NCBI GenBank assembly: GCA_964531985.1
Contig: CAZHFC010000009.1
Coordinates: 15,160 to 79,159 of the forward strand
DNA: 64,000 bases
Direction of reading: 5' to 3'
From: an uncultured Bacteroidales bacterium
GTDB taxonomy: Bacteria; Bacteroidota; Bacteroidia; Bacteroidales; B18-G4
The notes beneath the pieces are model-generated. The model made no database searches. It saw only the letters and a list, made by a program, of their open reading frames with translations, and was not told the DNA's origin. Below, in pieces: positions 17,561 through 26,613 of this stretch (its first letter is position 1; each line of letters starts with the position of its first letter). The position numbers were made by a program, and so were the translations under genes.

Positions 17561-20500
17561 TTAATGGCTGATAATCAGTTTGCGTACCATTCTTGAACCT
17601 TGTCCTTCAACGGAGAGGAAATAAAGTCCGTCGGGGAGATGGCTGAAATTGATATCCAGGGGCCTGTTGTTATAAAGGGAAAGCCCGCTTTGTTCAGCCA
17701 TCATGTTTCCGGTCAGGTTATATACCCGGAGGGAGTATTGTCCGGCCCTGATCCCTGAAACCATGAAGGTGAATTGCCCATTGCCCGGATTTGGCCATAG
17801 TTTTAACGAATGATCCTGTCCGTGTTCGGCTACCGACACAAAGTTGTCGACCGTAACTTCGAACCCTTCCGAAAACGATCCTTCGCCGCAGTGGTTAAGG
17901 GCTCTTACAAAGATGGCAGCCGTGCCGAGGAAGGCCGGATTCCAGTTGATGGTGCCGCTTGTGCCAATGCCGCTTATGTCGCCGGCTTCTTCCGGATCAA
18001 CCATCCACTCATAATATTCTGCATAAGGGACGGCTTCGGTTGTATATTCCGATGAGGTTACATTGTTCAGGTTTACATAGTCGGGGCCTGCCGGAGTTTC
18101 GGGAGCTTCAGGGATCAGCATTACCATCAGGTTCAGCTCGTCATCAACCACCGTTCCTTCGGCATTTTCAGCTGATAGTGTAAGAATGACATTTCCGGAG
18201 GCGATGTCATTGCTTCCGGGTGTATACACCGGTTCCAGGATGAAGGGGTCATCAAAGGCGCCATCGCCCGAACTGGTCCATTCAAGCGCTACCCAGTCGG
18301 TAGCTTCGCCCTGGCACTGGAAGCTTTCGCCGTTGCATGAATAATCATCGGGCCCTGCATAGCAAGTCAGCGTGAGCGGTGCAGGGAATGTTATGAAGTC
18401 GAGCCATGCACAGTCGCTCCCCGACATGCCGCCCGCATCTTTCTGGTAAACCCATTTAAATGTATAATTGCCGGGTTCAACGGCATAGGCAACCCTGATC
18501 CATGGGCTTCCCACGCCCGACCATTCATCTTTCAGGGTATTGTTGATATAGAACTTAAGCTTATCCTTGTTCGACTGCGATGACACTTTGTAGACAAAGG
18601 TGATGGAATCGGGCAGCATCACTTCCACATCGATTTTAAGCTCACTGGTCTGGTTATCGGAGATGCTTCCCGACTTGGCCGAGAAGGATCCCTCGTAGGG
18701 ATAAACGCCGGTGATCTGGAAAGGCTTGTCACCACCGTGTACCCAGTTGAACTTGTTAAAATTACTGGTTTCCCAGTCTTCATATACCAGCCCGATCTTT
18801 TTGCTGAAAGTGGCGGTTTCGATGAATTGCCCGGCAGTCAGTTCATAATTAAAATGGGCAATGGCCGATCCGTCGGGAGCATCCGGGTCGACTTCAACGG
18901 TGAACTCGGCCCATTTCGATCCAAGGAGCCCAAGGGTGCCTACGTTATAGGTATTGTTGACAATATTCAGATAATGGCAATCTGATTCGAGGTATCCGAG
19001 GCTGTTGTCGATGGGGCAATGTCCGCTGTTAAAGTTTTTCACCTTTATGATAGCTGTTTCGCCCGGGTCAAGCCTGCCGTTTCCGTTCCCGCTCGTGTTG
19101 TCGTCGATGATCATTTCGGCGATATTCAGGACCGGAGCGAAGGCCATGTTCTCGTATTCCAGTACCCAGGTGGTGTCGCCGTCGGTTGCCGTAACCGTAA
19201 AGGCGATGGGGTGTTCATCGGGAACGTCATCGGCCACTTCCATGGCAAATCCGCCTGCGATGCCCACTACCTGCCCGGCAGGGATGTCACCGTAAAATTC
19301 GTAATCGTCGGTGATGGTAATGTATGGGTCGCTGGTGCTGAGGGTTACTTCCACATCGGTAGCATCCACCCCGCCCAGGTTGAACAATTCGACCGTATAG
19401 GTCACTGATTCGCCAAAGTCGAGGAAGCCGTTATTGTTTCCATTGGGGTCGATCACCTGGTCGTCTTCAAACACCAGGAAAGGGGTATTGCCGGGGACTA
19501 CGTTCACCTGTCCGATATGTGGCAGGAAATTGAATCCGGTTATGGTCAGTGTAAGGACACAGGGTTCGGTTAGTTCGGGAAAGGTGAGCATGGCCGAGCC
19601 GCCCTGTATGAAGGCAGTAGCCAGGATCTGTCCGTCTTTGGTCAGGCAGGCCCTGCCGCCTTCGGCATTGGCTGTAACACTGAGTGAGTTCATCCCGATA
19701 AAGATGGTATTCATATATGAAGTGGTCATGGTTTGGGGGAAAGCCGTTCTGACATGCAGCGAAGGATCGCCAAAACAGACCCAGGTGTCGGTCATTTCAT
19801 CTCCCTGCGAACCATACTCATCATTCATCTGCATGCATCCGTGCATAGATGCCGCGCCAAATGTACGGTTGATGTTGTTGGGGTAGGTTTCAACAAGCAC
19901 ATCCACCATTTCATCCTGTCCGCACATGGGCGGGTTCCAGCTTTGGTTGATGGTCGACATCATTGTTGCCACCGCGCCTGTCGGGCTGCCGTTATCTTCG
20001 GCACGAAGCCATGCTTCTGCAAAACATGTGTTATTCACAAAATTGCCGTTCACACAGGCGACGGACCAGATAAAAGGCCACATGCCCACGTTGGTGAGGC
20101 TGTTTACATGACTGTTGGAAAATCCGGAAGAGCTCCATGAGGTGGTGCTGCCGTGCCCGGTATAATTAATGATGGTGGAACCGGTATTAACCTCAGTTGC
20201 GACCATGGCGGGAGTTGGGTTGCCGGGCGCATCATTGCCTCCCTGGCTTCCGTCAAAAAGCTCGGCGCAATAAGTATAGGTAAAATCCAGAAGATCATCG
20301 TTGATATTACGGATATGCTGGTAATCATACTCGCCGTCGTCGCCCGGACCCTCGCTGGAAGCAATGCCGATGCCACGGGTGAACCAGTCGAAGTCGAGGT
20401 CGGGATTCTGCTCGTAGGTCAGGGTGCGTTCAACCTGTATTTCGACATGCTGTATGTTCTCGGCCGAGAAACGTCCGATGAAAAGGTCGGGGTAATGGTC

Positions 20501-21484
20501 GCTGCCAACAATGTATGAATAATTATTGTCGGAGTCGCCGCTGGCATAGGATGTGGGAACCTGGGCGGCATCCCCGACCAGCAGGACAAAAGTGAGGCCA
20601 TGCGTATTATAATAGTTGGCAATGTAACTTTTTATTTGTGCACTTCCGCCAATGCTTGCAACGTCGACCATTTCCACGGGCGTACCTGTTTGGATCCGCC
20701 AGTCGGCCAGCGGTTGCATGGCAGGCATAAAAGCGCCGTAGGAGATGATGAGCATGTTGCCATGCTCGCTCACGGGTGTATAGTCGGTGATATTTTGCAG
20801 GTTGTTCAGGAAATGACGCTCGTAAAAAGAAGCAAATTCAGCCGATATCTTTTCCGGCATCCGCTCCCTGACCAGTGGGTTCTCCCCTTCATCGTCAACC
20901 CTGAAGACTTCCAGTTCGAGGCGGTGATAAACCCTCAGGGTGCGTGTAACCGGGTTATACTGGAATGGATAGGCGATAACGGCCTGTCCGCGGTAATCCC
21001 TGATGATGTATGGTGTACGGAGCCCGGCAAGATCACCGGGATAAAATGCGTCACGTCCGTATTCCTCACCGAAGGTATAGGGAATACTGGCGGGATCAAT
21101 GTCGCGGGTCAGGTTCCCCTTTGAAGGAGCGAGCAGGATATTTTCATAATCGGTATAGGATGAATTAACAACCCGTACATCCATTCTGGCCATATCGGGG
21201 ATGAGCAGCGAACCGGTCATCTTTAATACATCCGGTGCACCGGCTTCCAGTAAGGGAGTGGCTTTTTTCAGATTTATGACATATGCGGGCCCTTCAGCCG
21301 TGGCTACTTCCGTCAGCTCAAATCCGGGAATATCGAAAACGAGCCTGTTTGAATGATGATCGGAGGCAAGCAGGGTCACCCCTGCAGGAACGGGATAACT
21401 GCTCGTGATTCCGGTCCATCCGCTGCTGTGTGAATAAAAGGCGGAGAACAGGATGATCAGCGATAGAATAATTGACTTTTTCAT
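17561..21484 (-). CDS. C25 (gingipain-family) cysteine peptidase, subfamily A1, T9SS cargo
   Basis: Signal peptide. Canonical gingipain contexts INYTGHGS (His444, 20153..20155) and WSVACVNGNF (Cys477, 20054..20056). CARDB-like doublet (18800..19492), module C (18380..18796), D (18119..18376), E (17843..18118). CTD: LWPNPGNGQFTF...GLYFLSV...KLIISH. Confidence 0.9.
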   Translation of the reverse strand: MKKSIILSLIILFSAFYSHSSGWTGITSSYPVPAGVTLLASDHHSNRLVFDIPGFELTEVATAEGPAYVINLKKATPLLEAGAPDVLKMTGSLLIPDMARMDVRVVNSSYTDYENILLAPSKGNLTRDIDPASIPYTFGEEYGRDAFYPGDLAGLRTPYIIRDYRGQAVIAYPFQYNPVTRTLRVYHRLELEVFRVDDEGENPLVRERMPEKISAEFASFYERHFLNNLQNITDYTPVSEHGNMLIISYGAFMPAMQPLADWRIQTGTPVEMVDVASIGGSAQIKSYIANYYNTHGLTFVLLVGDAAQVPTSYASGDSDNNYSYIVGSDHYPDLFIGRFSAENIQHVEIQVERTLTYEQNPDLDFDWFTRGIGIASSEGPGDDGEYDYQHIRNINDDLLDFTYTYCAELFDGSQGGNDAPGNPTPAMVATEVNTGSTIINYTGHGSTTSWSSSGFSNSHVNSLTNVGMWPFIWSVACVNGNFVNNTCFAEAWLRAEDNGSPTGAVATMMSTINQSWNPPMCGQDEMVDVLVETYPNNINRTFGAASMHGCMQMNDEYGSQGDEMTDTWVCFGDPSLHVRTAFPQTMTTSYMNTIFIGMNSLSVTANAEGGRACLTKDGQILATAFIQGGSAMLTFPELTEPCVLTLTITGFNFLPHIGQVNVVPGNTPFLVFEDDQVIDPNGNNNGFLDFGESVTYTVELFNLGGVDATDVEVTLSTSDPYITITDDYEFYGDIPAGQVVGIAGGFAMEVADDVPDEHPIAFTVTATDGDTTWVLEYENMAFAPVLNIAEMIIDDNTSGNGNGRLDPGETAIIKVKNFNSGHCPIDNSLGYLESDCHYLNIVNNTYNVGTLGLLGSKWAEFTVEVDPDAPDGSAIAHFNYELTAGQFIETATFSKKIGLVYEDWETSNFNKFNWVHGGDKPFQITGVYPYEGSFSAKSGSISDNQTSELKIDVEVMLPDSITFVYKVSSQSNKDKLKFYINNTLKDEWSGVGSPWIRVAYAVEPGNYTFKWVYQKDAGGMSGSDCAWLDFITFPAPLTLTCYAGPDDYSCNGESFQCQGEATDWVALEWTSSGDGAFDDPFILEPVYTPGSNDIASGNVILTLSAENAEGTVVDDELNLMVMLIPEAPETPAGPDYVNLNNVTSSEYTTEAVPYAEYYEWMVDPEEAGDISGIGTSGTINWNPAFLGTAAIFVRALNHCGEGSFSEGFEVTVDNFVSVAEHGQDHSLKLWPNPGNGQFTFMVSGIRAGQYSLRVYNLTGNMMAEQSGLSLYNNRPLDINFSHLPDGLYFLSVEGQGSRMVRKLIISH

Positions 21485-21529
21485 GGTAGAATGAGTTTTT
21501 TCAGTGAGTCGAATGCATTTTTCAGTTTA

Positions 21530-21537
21530 CAAAGATA
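21530..21537 (-). promoter_or_regulatory. Candidate -7 box TATCTTTG for C25-A1 gene 17561..21484
   Basis: ~45 nt upstream of the ATG at 21484. Confidence 0.5.
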
Positions 21538-21629
21538 ATATCATTTTGCTTATATATCAAATGATTATGTTTGATTCAGTATGATTGCGTACGTAAAACC
21601 CGAGGGTTTGCCTTTTTGTTTTCTATCGA

Positions 21630-24600
21630 TCAGGGAATAAGGATGATCTTTTCGTTGAAGGCAAAACCGTTTCCGGAAAACTGCAGGAAATAGATACCCC
21701 GTGGCACTGAGCCCAGATGGATATGCTTTTTGTATGTTTCACCGGAAACTTTCACCGATTCCCGGTAGATTTGTTTGCCCGAAGCATGACAGATCTTCAG
21801 TTCAGCTTTATCCAGCCCGGGGGCCCATACTTCCAGGGTGAAGCTCCCCTTGCTGGGATTGGGATACAATGCCCTGCTGTAGATCTGGCCGGGATCGGCC
21901 GTAAACAAGCCGCCTTCATCAACCAGTATCTCAAATTCCGGGGAATACGGTCCGGCCCCGCAGCTGTCAACGGCCCTGGCAGAGACATAGGCAAGACCAT
22001 GGTATGAAGGTTCCCAGTTAACGGTACCTGTTGTTTCTGTACCTGTTATGGTGCCGGCTTCAAGCGGTTCGAGGTGCCATTCATAGGAAATGACCGAAGG
22101 GACCGGGGGAATGGTGTATTCCGAAGAAGTCACCGTTAGCAGGTCCACATAGTCCGGTCCGTCGGGAATATCCGGGGTGCCGGGATCCTCATCAATTTCG
22201 AGCAGCATGCTGTCGAAACTGGTTCCGGTCTGGTTAAAGGTGGCGGCCAGGCTGAGTTGTGCCATTCCGCCGGCTATATCTTCCGGACCGGGAGTGTAAA
22301 TGGTCTGCAATTGTTGCGGGTTGTCGAACATGCCGTCGCCTTCGGTCGACCACAACAGGCTGGTGTATCCTGCTGCCTGGCCCTGGAGCTGGCAGATGTT
22401 ACCGGCACAGATCAACTGGTCGGGGCCGGCATAGGCCGATGCGGTATTTACAAAGGGTAAAACAATATAATCGAGCCAGGCACAGTCATCACCCGAAGCG
22501 GAAGCAACATTCTTGATATACTCCCATTTGAAGAAGGTAACGCCCTGCTCAACGGCGAAGCTGAAATTCTCCCATCCTTCCTCTCCCGACCATTGGCCTT
22601 TTAATTCATTGTTGATGTAAAAGTTCAGGAAGTCGGAAGGCTCTGATGACACTTTCCTGTAAAAAGAAATGCTGTCGTCGTGCTGTACGTTAAGTGCAAG
22701 CTGAAGAACAGATTTTTCATTATCGCCGATATTTCCCGAACGTGCGCTGAATATGCCTTCAAAGGGTTCCACATCCATTGTTTCCCATCCGGCCTGCCCG
22801 GCCTGAACCCAGTTGAAACGGCTGAAATCACCCGTTTCCCAGTCCTCGCAGATAATCCCGTTTGGAACGTCGTATAATTGCTGGGCCTGGTAAGCTCCGG
22901 CTTCAATGGAGTGGGTCAGTTCAAATGTAGCGCCTCGTTGCGACAAAGGATGCGTCGACAGGGTATATACGGCCACGAAACTATCGCCGGCATCCAGTGA
23001 ATCAGCATAGGCGCTGCCGGAAATAATGCTGACGAGGGTATCGGTAACACCGATCTCCGCTGATATATTGCTGACCGGACTGTTGCCGCTATTGGTCACA
23101 ACTATGTGTATATCGGCTGTTTCACCCGGATCAAGGTATGCATTGCCATTGCCGTGCAGGCTGTCGTTAATGCTGAGGATTCCCGAGCTGAAGTCAGGGG
23201 CGCAGGCCATCAGAAAAAAGTTGCTTATCCATGTTTCCTGTCCTTCGGCCCTGACTGTAAACATTACTTCGTACCCGTTCGGAACATCATCACCCAGACT
23301 GAATTCATATCCTTCCCCGATCATGACCGCTTGCCCCGGGCCAATATTACCGTAGTACTCCACGCTGTCGTTGATGAGTACATAGGGATCGGCGGAAGTA
23401 AGGAATACAGTCACATCTGTGGCATCCTGCTGACCCATGTTGGTTACTTCCAGGCTAAGCTTCACGGTTTCCCCGTATTCGGGCAGCCCATTGCCATTGC
23501 CGGTAATGCTGTCGATCACGGCATGTGATTCATAGCATACAAAAGGCTGTTCTGCCACCACCACGATATGCCCGTGCAGGCGTTCCCTGTTATGGGCGAT
23601 GACAGAGACGCTGATGGTGTCGGTGTTTCCAAGCTGGGCAAACAGGTTTACCATCAGGTTACCGCTTGCATCGGCAAGACCGCGCCCGATCAGTTCTCCA
23701 TTTTGCATAAGCCCGATACGGGCTCCCGGAGCGTCGGTCTGGAAATAAATGCCGGAGGTCCCCAGGGGGACGGCTGCCGGGTACACAGCCACAATGGGAG
23801 CAGGAGCGGCAGTCCAGATGTCGAGGGTCGGATCCCCGAAAACATTCAGTATGTAACAGCACCATCGCAAGCCGTTGCTCCCCATGATGAATGCGGCCAG
23901 ATCTTCCTTGGAATCGGAGTTGGCTTCGCCGATCATGCTCAGCTCCTCACCAAAAATGGCATCAAAAAACTCCCGGTCGAAATACTGGGAAGGTCCGTTG
24001 GTATTCCCGGGTGAGTATAGTCCGTATCTTGAGTTGGCAACACAGGCAACCTCTGCCGTTTCGATGGTTGTTATCTTTTCGGCAAAACAATCGGCCCCGT
24101 ATGAATTAAAATTGGTACCCCTGTTGTCGAAGGCCCCGTTGTAGCATCCCTGGGAATATCCGATCACATAACCCCTGCTGATACCATCATTGGTAAAATT
24201 GGTGGTGGTAAGGTCGGATGTATACATCTTCATGTTGTAATTGGTATTGGAATGCCCCAGGTGGTTGAGCAGGTTGATCCCGGTATTGTTGAACTGGCTG
24301 TAAACATGGGTTTTGTTCCACCATCCATCCCTTTCATAAAGGTATTCGATATTGAAGTTGGCCGAAAGTCCGGCTGTGGTAATGCCATGATTGGCACTGC
24401 CAGTGGCAACTTCATCTTTTGAGTCTCCGCCCCAGGTGTACGAATCGAGTGATTCGCCGATCATCAGTGCCTTTTCAATGTCGTCAACCACGGGCTGATC
24501 CTGGTACATCATGAGTTTATGGGTGAAATGGGCTATTTCTGTGGAATCATCAACGGCGATCCTTCCAACGATGACCTCTGCAAAAAGGTCTTCCTCTCCC

Positions 24601-25619
24601 GGTTCACCCCAGCGCAGGTCCCCGTCGTCGTTCCATGTTCCGTCGAGGCATGCATAATACATATCGGCAGGGATGTCGTGGTCGTTATCGACAGTTCCGT
24701 AAAACCCGCGGTGGGGGACAAAGTTCTGCGAAGGATTGTTCTTGTCGGCGTCGCCCCCGAGTATAACGGCAAAAATATCATGATTATCGTAATAGTCAAT
24801 AATGCAGTTTCGTATCTTATCCTGTTCGTCGATGCCGCTGTACTGTGAATAGATGTCGCCGGTTGTCAGTGTTTTTACAATATAGCCTGTCCCGGTCTTG
24901 AAACTGATATAGGGCTCAAAATAAGGTTCAAGGTCTTCGTGTGTGATAAAAAGGATATCGTATTCGCCGGTTTTATTTTCTGTATAGGTATATTTCTCCA
25001 GCAGGGAAATATTGTCAACGATGCTGCCGATCCTTCTGACCTGCGAAGGATGGTTTTTAAGCATTTTTTTTGCCTGCCGGGCTTTGCCGGTGGTTTCCGT
25101 TACCACTTCAATGCTGATGCTTCGGATATGCCTGACCTGCGATGCGGCCGGGTTGTATACGAGCGGGCAAATGGTGAACATGCCGATCGAATGTCCCGCC
25201 AGGAAATGCGTTTCGCCCGTACTGCAAATACCGGCCGGATAATTATTAGCAGACTGGTATATGGCTGCATCGGGCACCGGCTTATAGCCATCGGGGGCCC
25301 CTTTTGATATAGGAAAATAACCGGGGGCGGGACGGATGTCAACATTGTTATATGTTAGCCCGTATTCAACCGAAATGACTTTGATCTCCCGGAGGGAATG
25401 CCCCGGCGGAAGCAAGAGGTGGGCGGCGTAGTACGGAAGCATTGGCGTTCCTTCTTCCCCCAGGTTATAACATTCGGGGATCAGAAATTCGGTATATCCA
25501 TCTTCGGAATTTTTTACAACGGGCGTTCCAAAATCATAGGTCATCACGACCTGTGCATGGATGATAATGGTTACAAACAGCAATAATGCTGAAAAGAGCA
25601 GCTTTTTTGTATTGAGCAT
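21630..25619 (-). CDS. C25-like cysteine peptidase, subfamily A2, T9SS cargo
   Basis: Signal peptide. LGGDADKN...IPADMYYACLDGTWNDDGD...VGRIAV. Candidate His456 in LNHLGHSN (24252..24254) and Cys492 in SQGCYNG (24144..24146). CARDB-like doublet (22866..23546), module C (22452..22859), D (22191..22448), E (21915..22190). CTD: LYPNPSKGSFTL...GIYFLQF...KIILIP. Confidence 0.8.
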   Translation of the reverse strand: MLNTKKLLFSALLLFVTIIIHAQVVMTYDFGTPVVKNSEDGYTEFLIPECYNLGEEGTPMLPYYAAHLLLPPGHSLREIKVISVEYGLTYNNVDIRPAPGYFPISKGAPDGYKPVPDAAIYQSANNYPAGICSTGETHFLAGHSIGMFTICPLVYNPAASQVRHIRSISIEVVTETTGKARQAKKMLKNHPSQVRRIGSIVDNISLLEKYTYTENKTGEYDILFITHEDLEPYFEPYISFKTGTGYIVKTLTTGDIYSQYSGIDEQDKIRNCIIDYYDNHDIFAVILGGDADKNNPSQNFVPHRGFYGTVDNDHDIPADMYYACLDGTWNDDGDLRWGEPGEEDLFAEVIVGRIAVDDSTEIAHFTHKLMMYQDQPVVDDIEKALMIGESLDSYTWGGDSKDEVATGSANHGITTAGLSANFNIEYLYERDGWWNKTHVYSQFNNTGINLLNHLGHSNTNYNMKMYTSDLTTTNFTNDGISRGYVIGYSQGCYNGAFDNRGTNFNSYGADCFAEKITTIETAEVACVANSRYGLYSPGNTNGPSQYFDREFFDAIFGEELSMIGEANSDSKEDLAAFIMGSNGLRWCCYILNVFGDPTLDIWTAAPAPIVAVYPAAVPLGTSGIYFQTDAPGARIGLMQNGELIGRGLADASGNLMVNLFAQLGNTDTISVSVIAHNRERLHGHIVVVAEQPFVCYESHAVIDSITGNGNGLPEYGETVKLSLEVTNMGQQDATDVTVFLTSADPYVLINDSVEYYGNIGPGQAVMIGEGYEFSLGDDVPNGYEVMFTVRAEGQETWISNFFLMACAPDFSSGILSINDSLHGNGNAYLDPGETADIHIVVTNSGNSPVSNISAEIGVTDTLVSIISGSAYADSLDAGDSFVAVYTLSTHPLSQRGATFELTHSIEAGAYQAQQLYDVPNGIICEDWETGDFSRFNWVQAGQAGWETMDVEPFEGIFSARSGNIGDNEKSVLQLALNVQHDDSISFYRKVSSEPSDFLNFYINNELKGQWSGEEGWENFSFAVEQGVTFFKWEYIKNVASASGDDCAWLDYIVLPFVNTASAYAGPDQLICAGNICQLQGQAAGYTSLLWSTEGDGMFDNPQQLQTIYTPGPEDIAGGMAQLSLAATFNQTGTSFDSMLLEIDEDPGTPDIPDGPDYVDLLTVTSSEYTIPPVPSVISYEWHLEPLEAGTITGTETTGTVNWEPSYHGLAYVSARAVDSCGAGPYSPEFEILVDEGGLFTADPGQIYSRALYPNPSKGSFTLEVWAPGLDKAELKICHASGKQIYRESVKVSGETYKKHIHLGSVPRGIYFLQFSGNGFAFNEKIILIP

Positions 25620-25799
25620 GGCAAAGGTTGTTATAGGATTTGATAGGGTGCCAAATTATATAAAAACTGATTATTAGACTGTTTGAAACCGGCAAAGAAT
25701 GCCGGTTCATGTTAATTTATAATCTATATAAATAAAGACAGGGGGCCGTTTTAACCTGGCTGTTACCAGGTGCGGAATGCTTTACATGGAACGATGCAT

Positions 25800-25835
25800 A
25801 AAAAACCTCCGGAATGCTGTATTCCGGAGGTTTTT
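25800..25835 (-). terminator. Rho-independent (bidirectional-type) terminator after the beta-barrel gene
   Basis: CCTCCGGAAT-GCTGT-ATTCCGGAGG (10-bp stem), flanked by an A-run and a T-run. Confidence 0.8.
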
Positions 25836-25875
25836 GACAGGCCTTTGAAGCGGCTTGCCGGTAGTCTTTAATTGC

Positions 25876-26475
25876 TTAGAATTTCAGGGTTGCGCCAATG
25901 GTGAAGATCGATACGTTCCAGCCCAGTTCAGCAAAGGCGGCGAATGCGGGTGTGAAGAACCATCTTGCTCCTACATAGGCGCCGCCATGGAAACCACCTG
26001 TCTTACCACTGTATCTGGGCAGATTGGCAGCATACCCAGCGTCATAATCCACTTTATGACTCCCGAAATAATATCCTAACAGGATACCGGCATAAGGATC
26101 GAATTGATCATGAAATATAAAATGATAATTTCCCCTGGCCGCCACGATGAAGTATGTGGTTCTTACAGAGTAACCATATCCGGATAAAAAATAAGAGTAA
26201 TCGTATTTGGAACCGCCAAATCCTACGAGGCCGCCGGCGCTGACCACTCCCTTGAAGCTGCTTCCCATTGGCACTTCAACAATGCCAAGCTCATAGGAGG
26301 CCGAAATGGTGGGGAAGCCTATTTTGTAAAAGGCTCCCGTGTAAACCGTGTTCCCGATGCCGATACCCAAATTGATGGCGGAACTGCCTTTCCCGAATAC
26401 ATCGCCGGGAGCCTGGCTTTTTGCCGTGAGGAATGTCAGGCTGATCGCGGCAAGAATTAACAATGTCTTTTTCAT
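25876..26475 (-). CDS. Small outer-membrane beta-barrel (porin-family) protein
   Basis: The internal Met at 26475 gives signal peptide MKKTLLILAAISLTFLTAKSQA. The body is Gly/Tyr/aromatic-rich with an alternating strand pattern, and the protein ends in Phe (GATLKF). It has its own downstream terminator. Confidence 0.7.
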   Translation of the reverse strand: MKKTLLILAAISLTFLTAKSQAPGDVFGKGSSAINLGIGIGNTVYTGAFYKIGFPTISASYELGIVEVPMGSSFKGVVSAGGLVGFGGSKYDYSYFLSGYGYSVRTTYFIVAARGNYHFIFHDQFDPYAGILLGYYFGSHKVDYDAGYAANLPRYSGKTGGFHGGAYVGARWFFTPAFAAFAELGWNVSIFTIGATLKF

Positions 26476-26563
26476 ATCACAAGAATTTAAGGTTTTAAAA
26501 ATAGGTTTTCTGATACAAAGATACATCATTTCACGGTCTTTTAAAAGGGATTGCCGGAAAGAA

Positions 26564-26592
26564 AGAGGGCCTCCCGTTACGGAAGGCCCTCT
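26564..26592 (-). terminator. Hairpin terminator candidate after C25-B gene 26614..31152
   Basis: AGAGGGCC...GGCCCTCT (8-bp stem with a partly paired 13-nt interior), followed on the minus strand by UUCUUUCC. It lies ~22 nt after the stop. Confidence 0.55.
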
Positions 26593-26613
26593 GCCATAGA
26601 AGGTAATGTGGGA

